DNA of 64,000 bases from Macrostomum hystrix (Eukaryota; Animalia; Platyhelminthes), in contig CATNEN010000002.1 in NCBI GenBank assembly GCA_950097015.1, forward strand, positions 9,345,681 to 9,409,680, written 5' to 3'. The stretch's first letter is position 1; every line of letters starts with the position of its first letter. The notes beneath the pieces are model-generated. The model did not search any database. It saw only the letters and a program-made list of their open reading frames with translations, and had not been told where the DNA came from. Both the position numbers and the translations under genes were made by a program. This document shows positions 60,435-64,000 of the stretch, piece after piece.

Positions 60435-61870
60435 TCACGAGTTGCTCAGGAGCAGCAGTACCTGCAATACGGAAAAGTTTTTAGTTCTTTCCAAGCCTAT
60501 AAGAATCAGATTGTGAGCTTTCCTGGTTACGAACGCAAACAAGTCGAGAGAAGACTGAAGCAAACAAGTTGAGAAAAGAAGACTGAAGCAAACAAGTTGA
60601 GAAAAGAAGACTGAAGCAAACTAGTTGAGAAAAGAAGACTGAAGCAAACAAGTTGAGAAAGAAGACTGAAGCAAACTAGTTGAGAAAAGAAGACTGAAGC
60701 AAACTAGTTGAGAAAAGAAGACTGAAGCAAACAAGTTGAGAAAAGAAGACTGAAGCAAACTAGTTGAGAAAAGAAGACTGAAGCAAACTAGTTGAAGAAG
60801 AAGACTGAAGCAAACTAGTTGAGAAAAGAAGACTGAAGCAAACTAGTTGAGAAAAGAAGACTGAAGCAAACAAGTTGAGAAAAGAAGACTGAAGCAAACT
60901 AGTTGAGAAAAGAAGACTGAAGCAAACTAGTTGAGAGAAGAAGACTGAAGCAAACAAGTTGAGAAAAGAAGACTGAAGCAAACTAGTTGAGAGAAGAAGA
61001 CTGAAGCAAACTAGTTGAGAAAAGAAGACTGAAGCAAACTAGTTGAGAGAAGAAGACTGAAGCAAACAAGTTGAGAAAAGAAGACTGAAGCAAACTAGTT
61101 GAGAGAAGAAGACTGAAGCAAACTAGTTGAGAAAAGAAGACTGAAGCAAACTAGTTGAGAAAGAACTGAAGCAAACTAGTTGAGAAAAGAAGACTGAAGC
61201 AAACTAGTTGAGAAAAGAAGACTGAAGCAAACAAGTTGAGAAAGAAGACTGAAGCAAACTAGTTGAGAGAAGAAGACTGAAGCAAACTAGTTGAGAGAAG
61301 AAGACTGAAGCAAACAAGTTGAGAGAAGAAGACTGAAGCAAACTAGTTGAGAAAGAAGACTGAAGCAAACTAGTTGAGAAAAGAAGACTGAAGCAAACAA
61401 GTTGAGAAAAAAGACTGAAGCAAACTAGTTGAGAGAAGAAGACTGAAGCAAACAAGTTGAGAAAAGAAGACTGAAGCAAACTAGTTGAGAGAAGAAGACT
61501 GAAGCAAACTAGTTGGTTAGAAGCTACATCATCGAAAAACCTACTCCAACTTGTGCTTTGGCACGCGACCTTCTACAGGCCTGGAAACACCCTCTGAATG
61601 ATTTTACCCGATAAACCTCCCTGTCACTCGCCTTGTGTCCGAACAACATCGCAAGGGTGCCGGAGGCGCCAACCACCTGGCAGGCGATCAGCAGCACGCC
61701 TCGAAGCGGAGCGACGTCGTCTGGCAGACAGAAGCCGAGCGCCAGGCCCACCAGAGCTGCGGCGCTGACGTTGCCGATGCTCGCTGCGGTGAGGCGAGCA
61801 TCGCCCGGGTCCAGGGGGTGCAGATTGCGCGTCTCCCAGGCGAAGAACAGTCCGAACAGCAATTGGATGC
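60435..61870 (-). CDS. 3' exons (TM5-TM7) of a GABA-B-receptor-like class C GPCR; upstream exons not identified in window
   Basis: Exon 61870-61632 reads GIQLLFGLFFAWETRNLHPLDPGDARLTAASIGNV...GTLAMLFGHK, matching the GABA-B motifs LFGxFLAWETR and LVFxPK. GC donor AAG|GCGAGT, then acceptor ttgcag at 60461 and VLLLLSNS*. Confidence 0.8.
60550..61512 (+). repeat. 28-bp intronic minisatellite, ~34 copies
   Basis: Unit gactgaagcaaac(t/a)agttgaga(a/g)aagaa. Confidence 0.97.
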
Positions 61871-62069
61871 CTGCGGGGCAGAGCCGATTCTATTTACCTG
61901 CTTGTGCCCCCCTAATTGCTGACCATGCTCAATCAGGCATCAACGAGGGACGTATTTCTATGAAGTCTCTGATAAAATCAGTCTAGATCAATATTCTATT
62001 AAAGGACCACTAGGACTAGGTGTTGAAGGAGAGGAGACTACATTTCTACATGTAAAGATGTCCATTTTC

Positions 62070-62490
62070 TAGATGTGTTTACCAGTTTTATAAATGTGTT
62101 TAACAGTTTTCTAGATGGGTTTAATAGTTTTCGAATGTTTAATAGTTATGTAAATGTGTATAAGAGTTTTCTAAATGTGTTTTAACAGTTTCTTAAATGT
62201 GTTTAACATTTTTTTCAAAATGTGTTTAACAGTTTTCTAAACGTGTCTAAAAGTTTTTTAAAATGTGTTTATAGTTTAAAAAATGTGTTTAATCGTTTTC
62301 TAAATGTGTTAAATAGTTTTTCTAAATGTGTTTAACAGGTTTGCGTCTAAAAGTTTTTTAAGTTTTTAAACAGTTAATAATGGAGTCTAACAGTTTTCTA
62401 AGGAGTCTAACAGTTTTCTAAGGAGTCTAAAAGTTTTCAAATATGTTGAACAGTTAATAATGGAGTCTAACAGTTTTCTAAATGTATCTA
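62070..62490 (+). repeat. Degenerate AT-rich ~21-bp tandem repeat
   Basis: Recurrent aaatgtgtttaacagttttct-like units. Confidence 0.8.
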
Positions 62491-62684
62491 CAGTGCCACA
62501 TGTAACAGGAAATATTTGTTGCCTGCTTGGCTAAGTAAAATCGTTTCTCTGCTATATTGGGGCAATGGTTTGCTGTCAAAGAAAGAGGGGAAATATTTCG
62601 TGCTGGGGGTTTGGATGCCTGCAAGTAGCCTCCATTCTGGTATTATGGGGTTCTCTTCTGTTTGGGGGAAATTGGTTCTCTGCT

Positions 62685-62990
62685 GCTGACGGAACATCGG
62701 TTCTTTGCTGCTGACGGAACATCGGTTCTTTGCTGCTGACGGAACATCGGTTCTTTGCTGCTGACGGAACATCGGTTTCTCTGCTGCTGACGGAACATCG
62801 GTTCTTTGCTGCTGACGGAACATCGGTTCTTTGCTGCTGACGGAACATCTGTTCTCTGCTGCTGACGGAACATCGGTTCTTTGCTGCTGACGGAACATCG
62901 GTTCTCTGCTGCTGACGGAACATCGGTTCTCTGCTGCTGCCGGAACATCATCGGTTCTCTGCTGCTGACGGAACATCGGTTCTCTGCTGC
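62685..62990 (+). repeat. 25-bp minisatellite, ~12 copies
   Basis: Unit ggttct(c/t)tgctgctgacggaacatc. Confidence 0.95.
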
Positions 62991-63600
62991 TGGGGGCAAT
63001 TAGTTCTCTGCTGCTGGGGGGGGGAATTAGTTCTCTGCTGCTGGGGGGGGAATTAGTTCTTTGCTGTTGGGGGGGATTAGTTCTCTGCTGCTGGGGGGAA
63101 TTAGTTCTCTGCTGCTGGGGGGAATTAGTTCTCTGCTGCTGGGGGGGGGAATTAGTTCTCTGCTGCTGGGGGGAAATTAGTTCTCTGCTGCTGGGGGGAA
63201 TTAGTTCTCTGCTGCTGGGGGGGGATTAGTTCTCTGCTGCTGGGGGGGGGAATTAGTTCTCTGCTGCTGGGGGGGGAATTAGTTCTCTGCTGCTGGGGGG
63301 AATTAGTTCTTTGCTGCTGGGGGGGATTAGTTCTCTGCTGCTGGGGGGGAATTAGTTCTCTGCTGCTGGGGGGAAATTAGTTCTCTGCTGCTGGGGGGAA
63401 ATTAGTTCTCTGCTGCTGGGGGGGGGATTAGTTCTCTGCTGCTGGGGGGAATTAGTTCTTTGCTGCTGGGGGGGATTAGTTCTCTGCTGCTGGGGGGGAA
63501 TTAGTTCTCTGCTGCTGGGGGGGAATTAGTTCTCTGCTGCTGGGGGGAATTAGTTCTCTGCTGCTGGGGGGAATTAGTTCTCTGCTGCTGGGGGAACATT
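62990..63600 (+). repeat. ~24-28-bp G-run minisatellite, ~24 copies
   Basis: Unit agttctctgctgctg-G(5-9)-aatt shares gttctctgctgctg with the adjacent 25-mer. Confidence 0.95.
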
Positions 63601-63747
63601 GGTTTTTTACTGCTGAGGATAGTAATCACATGTACCTTAGTAGCATTAAGCTGGGTTGTATGAAACGTAAGTTACTTGTGTAATTTTTGCCCCAATGGGG
63701 CTCTTGGTGTACAGACCGGATGTCTCAAAATGTATTCAAGCTCAGAC

Positions 63748-64000
63748 CAGGGGCGTAGCCAGGATTTCTTATTGGGGGGGGCCGCTTCCCAGGGCGCCAT
63801 ATTTTAATTTTAGGAGCGCAATTTTACCCATCTCTGAGCAAGAAAGAACTCTTATCAAATGCCAATGTGCATATTTCATTGACCAATATCTTCACTTTTG
63901 GGCAACGAACACTGTTAAATGAAATTGCAAAATACATGTTCGATCGTAGTCACCATTTTTTATTACTGCACTTTACGGAATTTTCAAAAGTATAAAAGCA
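63748..64000 (+). mobile_element. Probable left end of a non-autonomous DNA transposon (hAT-like)
   Basis: CAGGGGCGTAGCCAGG followed by a G-run and preceded by GCTCAGAC, which resembles the nTCTAGAn hAT target. The partner TIR is not in the window. Confidence 0.45.

Noticed and set aside
60550-63600. CRISPR-like repeat arrays (also 1448-2090, 35283-35915 and 41640-42040)
   Set aside because: Units are head-to-tail with no unique spacers, there are no cas genes, and the context is eukaryotic introns.

Overview
Eukaryotic (metazoan, probably invertebrate) genomic DNA with spliceosomal introns, GC-rich exons and minisatellite-filled introns. The style resembles a flatworm such as Macrostomum, but that is inference only. 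Scattered single-base indels break most reading frames, which suggests a long-read consensus. The first ~34.4 kb is one giant inverted duplication (arms 1-17240 and 17264-~34359, 23-nt spacer). Each arm carries the 5' half of a Diaphanous-type formin gene, an apparently intronless PLEKHH/MAX-1 (PH-PH-MyTH4-FERM) gene and a tRNA-derived SINE. The formin continues as a complete gene to 37833. The single-copy remainder holds a C1GALT1-like galactosyltransferase with a PAN+fibrinogen-domain gene nested antisense in its intron, a defective-looking ionotropic glutamate receptor-like gene, and an F-box/LRR gene. One F-box intron contains a 2.7-kb hAT-bounded element (13-bp TIR, 8-bp TSD) carrying a spliced BEN-domain-like gene and no transposase. 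Further right are a secreted PAN+LamG-like gene and the 3' end of a GABA-B-like class C GPCR, plus two SINE families and about a dozen minisatellites. There is no CRISPR array or rRNA, and no convincing functional tRNA. Protein family calls rest on motif recognition by eye, not database searches.
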